A stretch of DNA of 63,635 nt, counting the filler, from Licmophora abbreviata (lineage: Eukaryota), in assembly GCA_900291995.1 (NCBI GenBank). It is 8 parts of 8 records of this genome, joined end to end, with 100 filler letters (N's around TTAATTAATTAA, not from the genome) between each part and the next. Parts side by side here need not be neighbours in the genome. Positions count along the whole stretch, not along the records: positions 22,670 to 28,799 come from OLMU01003426.1; positions 28,900 to 30,072 come from OLMU01003428.1; positions 30,173 to 32,982 come from OLMU01003429.1; positions 33,083 to 39,933 come from OLMU01003430.1; 4 more parts are not named here. The stretch is one strand, 5' to 3'. Below the pieces are notes generated by a model. It did not search any database and was not told the origin of the DNA. It saw only the letters and a list, made by a program, of their open reading frames with translations. Below, piece by piece: positions 23,391 through 34,543 of the stretch. A program made the translations under genes and the position numbers. How positions within the stretch are numbered: position 1 is the stretch's first letter; each line of letters begins with the position of its first letter.

Positions 23391-23922
23391 GGTTCGATGA
23401 GTGACTCCAACGGATGTCGGCTAGTGATGACGATGTGGAAGCCATGGAGCATCTATTCCCCGTCGTTTCGACCACCCTGATGTGGAAGGATGCGGTGGCG
23501 CGGTGTGATGTGACGCAGGCGAAGATCCAAATTTCAAATTGAAAATCCCGAAAAGCGCGCGCAGCTTTTCCAAACTCGTCCCGCGATGCTTTTGTCATCA
23601 GTTTGTGTCATGTCCGGTTGGAAGGAATCCGGAGTTCTCTATTTGTTTCGAGCCGACTGCAAGGAAAGAGTAGACGGACTTCCATGTTGTGCCTGGCTGT
23701 AACTGGTTCATCAATCCTTGCTCTATTCTGAACTCTACGTTGACATGAGGTGACGGGCATGTCATGCATCGTGGCATAGTTATCGCCGAAGGGCCTGGCT
23801 TCACTGCTCTTCGTACCGTTAAGCTTGACCGATGCAATTTTATAAAAAGATGCTTCTAGAGAGACGAGTCGACAAGTCTCACTTTCAGCATGTTAAACAT
23901 TCCTACAGTCGCTCTGCTTCAT

Positions 23923-24709
23923 CTACGTCGTCAGGCTCATAATGGCATTCACCAGATCATTGTCATTCTCTTTCAATGCCTTCACTGCTTTGCTACGAGA
24001 ACATGACGCTTGGCCCATGACAAGCTCGATATCCTTAGCTTCGACTCCGGACTCATCCAAATCCTCTGGCTCCTCGAGGGCAGGAACATCATCATCGTCG
24101 TCCTCCCCAACCGACGGCATGCCAGCAGCCATGGCTGCTGCGTCGGCAGGCTGACGGAACTGTTTGGCAGCGGCCGCCTGCTGACCGGCACTGGCGTCAT
24201 CCGACTTGGCTTCACCAAAGACGACATAGGTATCCGCAGTGGGCGACTTGAACACATCCGGCTGCTGAATGACAAAGAGAACGTTTTTGGCCTTCTTGAC
24301 AGTCACCCTCAAGACTCCAGTAATCTGGCGCATGCCTAGCTTCTGCATAGCTTTGCGCGACTTCTTCTCGTTGCGGTTCTGTGTCTTTTCGACGGGGACA
24401 CCACCGGCGGCTGCTCCAGCAGCGCCTTCGGCGATGGCATCTTGCGGCTCCAAATCAGGCACGCCATCGTCGTCGTCATCCAGTTCTTCCACCTGTGAGT
24501 ATGATACGAAAGAGGGGCGAGAGAAACAGGCGAGTGTGGTGAGCAATGGGGCTGATATCCCAATCAACAAAAAGTTGACAGCGGTCCGGATCGACCCAAT
24601 CTCGACGACGTTTGCTGCTTTCTTTTCCCATCCATTTCCCAAAACTTCCCCGCGATCTTCTCAGTTCCACCCGTACCTGGGGGATGGGGTCTTCCGTTAC
24701 GTCGGCCAT
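23923..24709 (-). CDS. NACA: Nascent polypeptide-associated complex subunit alpha (2 exons; intron 24493-24676)
   Basis: [44 protein letters not shown], and a C-terminal UBA ([33 protein letters not shown]). Confidence 0.96.
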
Positions 24710-25064
24710 GTCGAGATGAGAAAATGTGCGACAGCTCCGAAAAGAGATAAGAGTGCTAGTGCTTGCTGTTGTTCGACTCTCATTCCGAATGTGCGGTCGC
24801 CGTGAACCCTTGCGTGGGAACACTACCGTTTCTACGATGACGATCACCTTTTCAGATCGCGAATCCTTCGACTCGAATCGAACTTTCAACTTTCAACGAA
24901 ACTCTCTTGGCAATGACCGAGTTCGCGACAAGGGCACTGGTGTCGATTTGAACGGCGCTGTTTGTTTCTCTCCTTCCTCGTATGGCTTTACTTGGGACGC
25001 TAAATTACGTTCTTGAGTCTACCAGTGGAGCTGAAGTTCTATTAGACACGGAGGATCGCCGAAG

Positions 25065-26435
25065 GTGATGAAAATTTCGCTCGACAACACTGCACCCGCT
25101 AGCCTCTCTACAACTACTGTCACGACCATGAAACAACAGCTGCCTGCACTCCCTCCCCGACTTTCCTCATCGCAGAGCAGACGATCCAGAAGATCTGACA
25201 GACGGAGTAGACGGATTGAAAAGCCGACCGAAACAGCAGACCAATCATGCACTGCAATTTTGTGGATCGTCCTCTTGCTCGGTCTGATTTTCTGTCTCAT
25301 CGACGTAGCCTACATTCTCACGTTTGTCGACACGCAGCACGCCCAAGAACGCATAGCTCCGAGCGCACCTACCAGCAACGAAGACGTGAATTCAGTAGCA
25401 CAGGAGGGAAAATCTGAAGCTACTGAACCGTACGACGAGAATGTCGACTACTCGATTGATAAGGGTCCGATTATCAAGATTCTCAACGACGCCGGCTTTC
25501 ACGAGATTGACACTGAAACTATGTTTCATCTTCCCACTTGGACGGAAGTTACGAGTCTCTATGGCGACAAGCCTCGTATTTATGGCCTCGATACCTGTGA
25601 ACAGTTTCGCACCCATTCGGACCCCGCCGACCACTTTGTTAGTACCGCCGGCACGTTCAACAGCGGGACGAATCTCATGGCGGAACTTCTAATCCATAAT
25701 TGTCACAATGCAGCTCGTCAGAAGAAATATGGATGGGAGAATAGGGGAGTACGATGGCAGGTGCCTTGGGGCAAACATAACCCACCAGGAACTGAAGAGT
25801 GGCGGCAGTCGCACAAGACGAGCAAGGACGCCAACGTTGATGCAACCGAGATTCTGGCGTCAGTGACAATCCGGGATCCGTATGTTTGGATGAATAGTAT
25901 GTGTCGACACCAGTACACAGCCAACTGGTTACACAATGCAGACAAGCATTGTCCGAATCTCGTTCCGAACGATCAAGATATTGAAGAGTTTCCGCGGTTC
26001 AAAACCAAAAAGAACGTTCCAGTCTCTGTCAACTACGCGGATCATGTACAGAAACACCACGATTCGCTCGCACATATGTGGAACGACTGGTACAATGAGT
26101 ACAAACATGCTGACTTTCCTCGACTTATTGTGCGATTCGAAGATTTGATATTTCACGCCAAGGAGGTGACCAAGACAGTATGCGAATGTGCTGGCGGAGA
26201 GCTCGATACAGGTCATCCATTCAAATATATCGTGGACAGCGCCAAAAGAGGACCGAATGCGCATGGGCCCATGCATCTGAGAACAGGGTTTGTGCAAGCT
26301 ATGATCAAATACGGGAAAAACGAGGGCCGGTTGGATCGTTTCACCGACGATGATTTGAAGTATGCGAAACGACACTTAGACCAAGACTTGATGGAGTTTT
26401 TTGGTTACCACGACGCGATATCAGTTGACGCATAG
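25065..26435 (+). CDS. Type II membrane sulfotransferase-like protein (paralog of 5863-7248)
   Basis: TM, LPTWTEV..LYGDKPRIYGLDTC, GTFNSGTNLM, WQVPWGKH, IRDPYVWMNSMC and VRFEDL. Confidence 0.75.
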   Translation: MMKISLDNTAPASLSTTTVTTMKQQLPALPPRLSSSQSRRSRRSDRRSRRIEKPTETADQSCTAILWIVLLLGLIFCLIDVAYILTFVDTQHAQERIAPSAPTSNEDVNSVAQEGKSEATEPYDENVDYSIDKGPIIKILNDAGFHEIDTETMFHLPTWTEVTSLYGDKPRIYGLDTCEQFRTHSDPADHFVSTAGTFNSGTNLMAELLIHNCHNAARQKKYGWENRGVRWQVPWGKHNPPGTEEWRQSHKTSKDANVDATEILASVTIRDPYVWMNSMCRHQYTANWLHNADKHCPNLVPNDQDIEEFPRFKTKKNVPVSVNYADHVQKHHDSLAHMWNDWYNEYKHADFPRLIVRFEDLIFHAKEVTKTVCECAGGELDTGHPFKYIVDSAKRGPNAHGPMHLRTGFVQAMIKYGKNEGRLDRFTDDDLKYAKRHLDQDLMEFFGYHDAISVDA

Positions 26436-27020
26436 ATATGAGCGACTCAAATTTTCTGGGACTATTAGAGACATGGCGCGTATGATTGAGGTGCTCGTAT
26501 GAGTGTGAAGCTTGTGAGAGTGTAATTTGCTTGTTGCAATAACACAGTCCCTCTTGTTGAAGTGGCATAGCTAGTCTCGTCTCTAGTTGAGTATGATAGC
26601 GATTGTCGGCTCAAGCTCGTAGTCGATCTGTCGCTCGTCAGCTCCATTCGAAGTGCTCTACCGGTACCTTTCAGTCGAGCTAGCGTACCGGTTGTCTACA
26701 AGTAGTCTAGTCGGATTTGTGACTGTGACAATCTCCGTCGACGCCTCGATTGTCGCTGATGACAACAATCGACAAACTGACAATCGAGATCAGACATGGC
26801 TCGACGCGAAAAGAAAAAACCGGAGGGTCTAAAGGTCAAAAGGAAAGTTCTCTTCTAGATGATTCGATCTAGCTGTTAGGTCGTCCCGTGCCCTTCTTGG
26901 TGCTCGTCCGACGTACCCATTGTACACAACCATGGCTGGTGACAGAGACGATCCCGATATGGTAGCGTAGAAACCAGCAGGTGCCTACCACGTAGGAGTC
27001 CTCGAAGATATAGTCCTCAC

Positions 27021-27467
27021 TTAGTTGATGTAGGTCCAGATATTCAACGCGTCTTTCGGCATAAAATGAAGAAAGTCATTGGAAATAACGATCGTGGGGT
27101 ACAAGACGAAGAACCAACCAAATATTCCGAGCTGAAAAGGGTTGCTGTTGGCGATCATAGAAGGATCGTTGAAGGACAGCTCTTTAATTTCTCCCGTGTT
27201 CAAGTTCTTGGCAAGCATCTTGACCTCCGACTTTTCCACAGCTGGTGATGCGGTCGCCTCCGGGACGTCTACATCCGTTGCCACTTCGAGAGGTTTGGCG
27301 GTAGCTGTCTTGTCGACGTCGTCTCCTAGTCCGTCGGCAGAGTACAGAGCTGGTGCCGCACTTCTCACTGACGACAAGGCAAATGTAGGCTTTTCTGGAC
27401 TAAACGCATCGGTAGACGCAAATGCAGCCAACAAGAGGAGGAGAGCAGCGGAAGTCGACTTCATCAT
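27021..27467 (-). CDS. Small plastid-targeted membrane protein of unknown function
   Basis: MKSTSAALLLLLAAFASTDA-FSP bipartite presequence and a C-terminal TM helix. Confidence 0.7.
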   Translation of the reverse strand: MMKSTSAALLLLLAAFASTDAFSPEKPTFALSSVRSAAPALYSADGLGDDVDKTATAKPLEVATDVDVPEATASPAVEKSEVKMLAKNLNTGEIKELSFNDPSMIANSNPFQLGIFGWFFVLYPTIVISNDFLHFMPKDALNIWTYIN

Positions 27468-28355
27468 GGTGAAACTATTGTGCAAGTATCTTTGTCGGTT
27501 AGCTCACTGTTGACATTCTTTGGCGCGGGACTCCCGTCCAAAGGAGAAACTGCGATGCGGTCGGAGCTCGGGCCGTGGAGTTAGTACCAGAAGGTACGTA
27601 ATAACTTCAACTTGAGCGTATCTTGCGATGACGACCAGTTCGACTGAGGCGCAGTCGAAGTCCCGGCGGATCAAAAGTTACTATACATAGAGAAGTCGGT
27701 GCAATAGACAGTAAACATTGGATCTACTTCTCCGACCACTATTGAGTAAGTACAGTCAACCAACCTAACCAGGTACCAGTATGTCCTACAAGTATCCTCG
27801 CATGCTCTATCATTGTCTTTGCACTCAGCAGGCCCAAAAACACCAGCAGGCACTTGTGCCGTCGGTTCTCCATCTTTCTCGCGATGTCTTTCAATACTGA
27901 CAAGGTGAAGACTGTATGAGTCAGGATCAATAGAAACGATGTAGAGACAAGACAATCCACTGAAATATTATCATTTCTTCGTGTTTATCTTTTTTTGTCC
28001 AACGATTCCTCCGAGTCATGCCTCCTAAGATATATGGTTTTTGTCTAAGTAAAACATGGGCGCCCATTACTTTTGGGCATGCATGCTTGCTCAGCGCCTA
28101 TGTAAGTCAGGGGTACATGAATATGGGGTGTCGCACGGTCGTAGCGCACTGTTACCATCCGTGGCAACTTTTCTCTAAGTAGCCTTGACGAGAGAACACC
28201 GAAGATAAATATACTTCAACACTTAAGATTTAAGTCCGCCTCTTCCAAGATTTTCTGACCACATTCAATTCATTCATTCTAGATTCACAATCACATCATT
28301 CCATCGACGATGCTTAGATCCTCTTCAACCTGTCTTCAGGATTGCCGCCATCTCT

Positions 28356-28799
28356 TTGCTCTTACTCTTTGAACCAGCTTGCTTCATATGTGCACGCCAC
28401 TACGGTTCCATCGAAGCTTTCGCGAATCACCGCCGCGACTCGGGTGGTAAGTGTTTCACAAGCCACCCTGTGCCTACAAAATTCGCTCGACTTCCTTGCG
28501 GACGATACGCAGAGGTCACCGTTCCGTCTGGAACAACTCCTGCTACTCCTACTCCTGTTACTCCTTTGGTCGCACGAGTCCCACCGCCGTTGCCGCCGCC
28601 TGACTACGCGTCCGTGGAAGGTTGCATCAAATCCTATGTGCTAGAGGACGAGGACGTTGATACTTACGTGACGTTAATGGTACCATTCTTCAAAGGCGGG
28701 GCATCTTTCGACACTGTCATGTCTGGACTTGTGAATCAGTGGTCTCTTCCGTTGTCGACGTCCGATGGGCAATTGCTTTCGACGCTGCTCGAAAATGCG
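28356..28799 (+). CDS. Partial ORF with a Zn-finger-like motif, unknown function, truncated by the gap
   Basis: C-x2-C-x12-H-x7-C (CFICARHYGSIEAFANHRRDSGGKC) followed by a Pro-rich linker. Open to the gap. Confidence 0.35.
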
Positions 28800-28899
28800 N
28801 NNNNNNNNNNNNNNNNNNNNNNNNNNNNNNNNNNNNNNNNNNNTTAATTAATTAANNNNNNNNNNNNNNNNNNNNNNNNNNNNNNNNNNNNNNNNNNNN

Positions 28900-30072
28900 C
28901 TCCATGCATTAAGGGTCAGGAAAAGACCTTGCATATACGGTCTAAGGTCAGAGTAGACCGAGAAGACGTAGACTAAGAATCCCGTATGGGACCGAAAGGA
29001 TACCCTGTCCATCCCAGAGCCCTTGGAGACGTGCTCCGTCATCCACTTGATAGCGGCCTTCGACTTGTCCCACTTGGACTGAGAGAGCATCTTCCTGACT
29101 AGCCCGTGCTCTGTATAGACAACTCCTCCGGCCCAAGCTCCCGGTCGCTGGGAGGACGGACGCCTCTTACGAGAAGCGTCCTGAATCCCCAAGTACTGCA
29201 TACCAGCGACGACCTGTCTGAGGGCTCTATCGGTCTGCTCACGGTGGGGCCCAAAGACTCGTCCATCGTCAAAGAAAGAGATCAAGTCGGATGGCCGAGA
29301 CCCATCAGCACGCTCCTTAGCGACTCGAGGCTTCCCTGGATCATAAGATGAAGACCCAGGGAGATTCAGTGAGACTCGGCTCCAAGAAAAGGGGGAGTCC
29401 GCTCCACCAGGACCTGGGATGCTGGTCACAATCTCCATGGCCCTCGCATGCATGCGAAGAACAAAGTAGGGAGCTGACTGCCAACCAAAGAGGACGCGAG
29501 CCCATCTCATGTATCTGGATGCTGGAGTCCGGCTATCGGCGAACTCGCTCACCAAGGACTGAGGGACTTCCACTCCGCAAAAAGGGCGCTCCACCGGGTG
29601 GAGGACGAAGTTGTGAAACTGCTCGCCCACGTCGAAGTCGCCGGCAAAGTCGTCCGCTTCCAGGCGCCGGAGGTATGTGTCTACCGTAGGTAGAAAGAAC
29701 TTTGGGGTGAACGTAAGAGGGTTCAGCCCACTCTTGGTGACGTCCCAAACGACTCGGATATCAAGCACACTGCCGTCGTCCGCCAGAACCTTGGGTACTG
29801 GGAAGCGAGGAACCGTCACCGAGCAAAGGCCTGGCTCCACATACCGCCGGCGGATAAGCTTACGAAGCTTCTCTTGATCAAGGCGCAATGTAAGCTGATC
29901 CGAAACCGGAACTTGTGGGAACTTCAGCCGCGGCTGGGGGTTCTCAACACGGAAGCTGCGCGCACCATCACGGGCCTCTTGTCGCCAGATGGGTGGCCAA
30001 CGCCAAAACAGCAATCGGCTCCCATCATCCCATTCCCACCAAGAGGAATCCGCACAACGCCGAACACAATCC
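28900..30072 (-). CDS. Reverse transcriptase domain (partial)
   Basis: WWEWDDGSRLLFWRWP; FPVPK...DIRVVWD.TKSGLN (motifs 1-2); DFDVGEQFHNF (A); WARVLFGWQSAPY (B'); SFFDDGRV (C, YxDD variant); YLG, PGAWAG. Confidence 0.85.
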
Positions 30073-30172
30073 NNNNNNNNNNNNNNNNNNNNNNNNNNNN
30101 NNNNNNNNNNNNNNNNTTAATTAATTAANNNNNNNNNNNNNNNNNNNNNNNNNNNNNNNNNNNNNNNNNNNN

Positions 30173-30893
30173 TAAGATCCATCAATTGGCACATCTCTTT
30201 CCGAGTGAGGGGGCGTTCAATCAAGGTGCCTCCACCAAAGAAAACAGTAGGCGCCTCCACCCAGGACGGGCTATCGAACCAGGGCCAGGGAAAGGGTCGC
30301 CCAGAAGTCTTCGGGCGCCAACAATCCCCGGCCATGGATGTCACTCGCCGCCACTGGCCCAGGCGAACTGCCGGCTCTAGAAAGGCATGAAGGGGGCGCT
30401 CGGGTGATCGACGCAATTCCGGGGAATCCCTGAGGGTAGCCGCGGCTGGGAAACGCCAATGCGCCCAAACTCGAGCACCCGTGAGACCTCCCAACCGTCG
30501 ATGGCGGAGACGCGCCGATATAAAGGAGGGACCATGGATCTGAGAAAGGAACCTCTGCTCCCGGTGCCGAGATGTAAGGAGGATGGGGAACCAGTGAGGG
30601 AGCGAGACGAGAAATATGAGAAGCTCGTCCTGCTCCACCTCAACATGGCTCGCGACAACGTCCACATCACAAGGCTGAAAAGCAAAGGGGTCCACTCGTT
30701 TGATATCCAAATGAATCCCTACTTTAAGGGTCAATCCTAAAAGGGAGTCAAGCTCGGTGCCGGATGCCGGAGTCAAAGGAACAGCCACCAGAAAACCGAC
30801 GCCAAGCTGAGCCAACCCAAGCAGCCACGCCCAACCATCAACGCCCAGAACCGCCACCCGCAACCTAGCAAGGGACTCCACCTCCATCAACAT
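30173..30893 (-). CDS. Retroelement ORF2 N-terminal part; resembles a degenerate C5-cytosine methyltransferase fold
   Basis: LRVAVLGVDGWAWLLGLAQLG (motif I-like), DVDVVASH (IV-like, no PC), HRRLGGLTGARVW (VIII-like) and RPLTRKEMCQLMD (IX-like). Confidence 0.5.
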
Positions 30894-30965
30894 GTAACCC
30901 ACCGCCTCCTCTCCGTATGAAACTTGCCGGAGAACGGGTGACGATAGGGCAGCAGCAACGGGCGG

Positions 30966-32840
30966 TCACGCCTTATCCTGCTTCTTGCTAAGCAGGTTCT
31001 CCACCCTCTTGACGTCAGTTTGGGCTTTGCGAAGGTCCGAGGATGAGGCGCGCAGTTGCTCCTCGAGTCGGGTCTGCTTCGTCTGGAGAGCCTGAACCGA
31101 TGCCTGAATGCTAGTGGTGTTGGCGGAACCGTCGGTCTTCCCCTGGATAAGGATTCGCCGCACGAAGACGCCGGTAAGGGCAGGGTCATCAGAGATATCA
31201 TTCTTGAGGTACCTCTGTTGAACTTCCCATGCACGCAGCATGCCCCAAAGATACAGGGCGGGCTGGATGCGTGCGGCATCGACGATGGAGCTGCGGGCAG
31301 TGTGAAGGTCATGGAAGATCTTGGCGATACATTCCAGGACCATCTCCCAGGCCCCCGTCTTGGAGTATGGACTCAACTTGGTAAGAGACTCCATAGTAGT
31401 GCGGACGAAGTTGATAAGGGCTTGGATGAATTGGCTCGAATCAGCCATAAGCCCGCCAGCCAACACGTAAACCTCCCCGGAGACACCGTTCTCCGTCAGC
31501 ACCTCGGCGATGCGACTCCGGACATCGGCTTCGCCAGAGGAGATCCCTTTTGCAACTCCTTCGCCTGTGCTGGACGACCACTTCTCCGGAGTCTTCAAAT
31601 ACGCCTTCAGCCAATCGAGGGCACTCCCTGATCCTGACTTAGCGTTCCCAACAAGCACGCCGGGCAACACCGTGTCAAAAGAAGATATTAGAGAGGCTTG
31701 GATGTCCGACGACACCCCCGTCTTGATCTGCGACTCTCGCGCACGCGCGGAAGCCTCAGGTGTAACGACAGGGGGCGTAATGGCCTGAAGCAGGACCATG
31801 GCATCCGCGAAGACCTCGATAGGTGGCCCGCCCTTATTGAGGAACCAAGCTGTGAGCTCCCTCTTAGTCTTAAACCGCTGTCCATGGCAATGAACACCAC
31901 CCCCGGAGGAGAATAGCTCGGCTTGCTGGACTAGCTGGGACTTGAGGCTAGAGACTGGGCCTCCCGCATCAAAGACGGCATGGTGGAGACGGTCAAGAAG
32001 TTCCGTCTGATCATGGGTAAGGCCATGGGTCGAGGCTGACAAGCCAGTGACTAGACTCTTGAGCTCTTGGATGGTGTCCCGCTGGCTGACCAACTGGCGC
32101 TCCAACGATGACTTGTGGAGTTCCAGTTTGTCTACCTTAGCCGAAAGCAGGGCGACGGACCCCATGACCTGCTCGATCGTAGGGGGACCGCCACTAGTAT
32201 CAATCGGGGGAGGGGGTGACCTCGACGAGGAGGGTCGGGTCGCTGGGGGTGGAGGGCCCGAAACCGGAACAGAAACTGAGGCTGGACTTGGAGGATCGGA
32301 GTCGACGGTTTCAACTCGAGATGCCTGGTAAATAGTGTGGAGAAACTTCCACATACCCGGCGAGAGCGAGAACGGATCATCATTGTCTAACAGGGCAACG
32401 GCGGCGGCAGCAGTGATGGGGCTTGCCGAATCTGTCTCCAACGGGAAACGGATGTCGGCAATCAAACCTCCACTGACACTTCCGGTGGCTTGCATGTAGA
32501 ACCCCGGGAGCTGTAATTCCTCCGGGAGCCGACTGACTACATGGCGACTATAGCCGCACTCCACCTGACGCCGACCGCAGAAGCGCCTGTAACGACCCGA
32601 ATAAAGAGAACCGAGGTCACCGATCGTACCAAAGCAACAATCTCCCTCCACACGAACCAGCCGCAACTGCGTACTCATATCCCACTCACCACTTTCAACA
32701 AACTCTGCTGCTCGCGGGCTTGGGCTCGACGCAACGCCGTCAGCGAATGCCGCGTCGCGAAGGACGCTAGTGGCAGCCGCCGAACCCGCGGTGCCAAGAA
32801 CCTCGAAGAACTCCCTCGGAATACGCGAATCCGAACTCAT
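30966..32840 (-). CDS. Retroelement ORF1 (gag-like): Cys/His knuckle, Pro-rich linker, coiled coils
   Basis: Intronless ~625-aa ORF with CCFGTIG...FCGRRQVECGYSRH, a Pro/Ser tract and two heptad-rich segments. Lies upstream of the RT on the same strand. Confidence 0.7.
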   Translation of the reverse strand: MSSDSRIPREFFEVLGTAGSAAATSVLRDAAFADGVASSPSPRAAEFVESGEWDMSTQLRLVRVEGDCCFGTIGDLGSLYSGRYRRFCGRRQVECGYSRHVVSRLPEELQLPGFYMQATGSVSGGLIADIRFPLETDSASPITAAAAVALLDNDDPFSLSPGMWKFLHTIYQASRVETVDSDPPSPASVSVPVSGPPPPATRPSSSRSPPPPIDTSGGPPTIEQVMGSVALLSAKVDKLELHKSSLERQLVSQRDTIQELKSLVTGLSASTHGLTHDQTELLDRLHHAVFDAGGPVSSLKSQLVQQAELFSSGGGVHCHGQRFKTKRELTAWFLNKGGPPIEVFADAMVLLQAITPPVVTPEASARARESQIKTGVSSDIQASLISSFDTVLPGVLVGNAKSGSGSALDWLKAYLKTPEKWSSSTGEGVAKGISSGEADVRSRIAEVLTENGVSGEVYVLAGGLMADSSQFIQALINFVRTTMESLTKLSPYSKTGAWEMVLECIAKIFHDLHTARSSIVDAARIQPALYLWGMLRAWEVQQRYLKNDISDDPALTGVFVRRILIQGKTDGSANTTSIQASVQALQTKQTRLEEQLRASSSDLRKAQTDVKRVENLLSKKQDKA

Positions 32841-33284
32841 GATGGATGCAATGTTCAAGTGCAGAAATCAAGCTCCCCCCAATACCACAAGGGCAAAGCG
32901 AGCAAAGGAGAGAACCAAGAAAAGATAATCTCGAAGAGATTCCAGCGCAATCAAGCTAGTTCGACGTACTAGCCAAATGTTTNNNNNNNNNNNNNNNNNN
33001 NNNNNNNNNNNNNNNNNNNNNNNNNNTTAATTAATTAANNNNNNNNNNNNNNNNNNNNNNNNNNNNNNNNNNNNNNNNNNNNGGGAGGATGTGACATTTC
33101 GACATTTCGATTGATTCGACTCATTCGAAAGTCTCGTTGTCTGGCCGGCCGTCGCATGCAATGTGTGGCTTCCTCACAGCCATCCATATCCACACAATAT
33201 TCAGAACCGAAACATGGACGACATCCGATTCGATCATGATGGACTTCACTCTCAGCTTGCGCTGCTAAGCCCTACGTAATCAGA

Positions 33285-34504
33285 ATGGAGGAGAATCAAA
33301 GAGTAGTTGCATCTTTGCAGAGGCTGGGAAAGTCTCTAGCAGAGCTGAACGATAGACCGTCGCCTGAGAGTGCGCTTTCTCACTGGAGAGATCTTCCGGA
33401 CGATGTATCGACCGCGTATCGGTATCTAGGCGAAGGAGCCGAGCTTGTCAAGGCCACATCGACCAAATATACTCTGGTCGGCAAGATTGACGAGGGAGAA
33501 GGCGGAAAGCTTGCGGTATGTTCCTACCTGTAACGTCGGAGTAGCGAGGGGACCATGCACATCCTCGTTTTGCTAACGAGCACGTCCCATTCGCCCTTGG
33601 CTTTCTCTTTTAGAAGGACCTGCTGCGAGGCTGCGAGCTAGTCGGAACGGGGGCGTTGGTTCTCTGCAACGATGACATGGGGTGCAGTCGTTCTGTGCGT
33701 CAGTATGCCAAGCAAGCAGCTCGCTCGGTGGTCGGTACGACGGTGGCACTGGTGGCTTTATTTCTTCACCGAAGCGACTTGACTTCAGTCGAAGAAAATG
33801 TGGCGGCGCAAAAGACAGGTGTCGTTTGGGCAGCCTGTGATCAGATTGCCAAATTGCCCAAAGGAAATCGGACAAGTATGAGACGCGACTTGCTGTTGTG
33901 GAAAAGGGACTGTAATGAGACGTTTCAAGAGTTTACGGAAATGATTGCATTGGGGCCGGCTTTGACAGAACTCGACGGCCAACAAACGGACGAAACCTGG
34001 GATGAGTTCTGTGGAGGCGAGTCGGATCAGTACAGTTCGCAGGAGCTACCCGTAGCGCAAGCTTGTGTAGCGTTGGTCAAATGCTCTCGTGGAAGCATGA
34101 ATGTTGCTATCAATGCTTGTGAGTGTGCGGGAGATGCTGTGCGCACAGCCGGGGGTGATTCTGCCTCTGGGCGACGAAGTCTACTGAAGTGGGTGTCGAC
34201 TGTTCACAATATGGCCCGTTCGGTTGGGGAGGGCATGACCGATCTGGGGGCGTTGTTATATACGCCATTAGAGCTGAAGAGTATCAATGTGGAGGGAGAT
34301 CATCTCGCAAGGCGCGTGAAATTACAGCGGGATGCTATCGTCGCACTGCACGAGTTCGTCTTGGATGCGAATCCAGAGGGCGTTGCCTCGCTTGACCTGA
34401 CGGAGGACATATCGGAGCTGGCGACAAAGTTGAAGGCAGCGGCCAGTGCAAGAGGCAAAGAGGCGCAATCTGCCATTGCATCAGCAATATCAGAACGGCG
34501 ATAG
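33285..34504 (+). CDS. GCIP/cyclin-D1-binding protein 1-like (2 exons, intron ~33517-33613)
   Basis: KATSTKYTL, TGVVWAACD...LPKGN, ETFQEF.E and DLGALLYTP helical pattern typical of the GCIP family. Confidence 0.65.
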
Positions 34505-34543
34505 AGATTAAAGGCATGCCAAACGTCTAGTCTAACTGTGCGA

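Larger units (their letters stand above)
28900..32982 (-). mobile_element. Divergent retroelement, probably a DIRS/Ngaro-like (tyrosine-recombinase class) retrotransposon; fragmented across two contigs
   Basis: Intronless gag-like ORF1, ORF2 and an RT-bearing segment on the same strand, bounded by assembly gaps. Termini and YR/RNase H domains are not visible. Confidence 0.75.

Noticed and set aside
26590..26790. Imperfect hairpin (~26590-26645) and 10-bp inverted repeat ctcgattgtc/gacaatcgag between convergent genes
   Set aside because: Too short or imperfect to call a MITE, SECIS or ncRNA; no TSD seen.
27671..27960. Short minus-strand ORFs upstream of the TE region
   Set aside because: Under 100 aa, no recognisable domain or reliable start.
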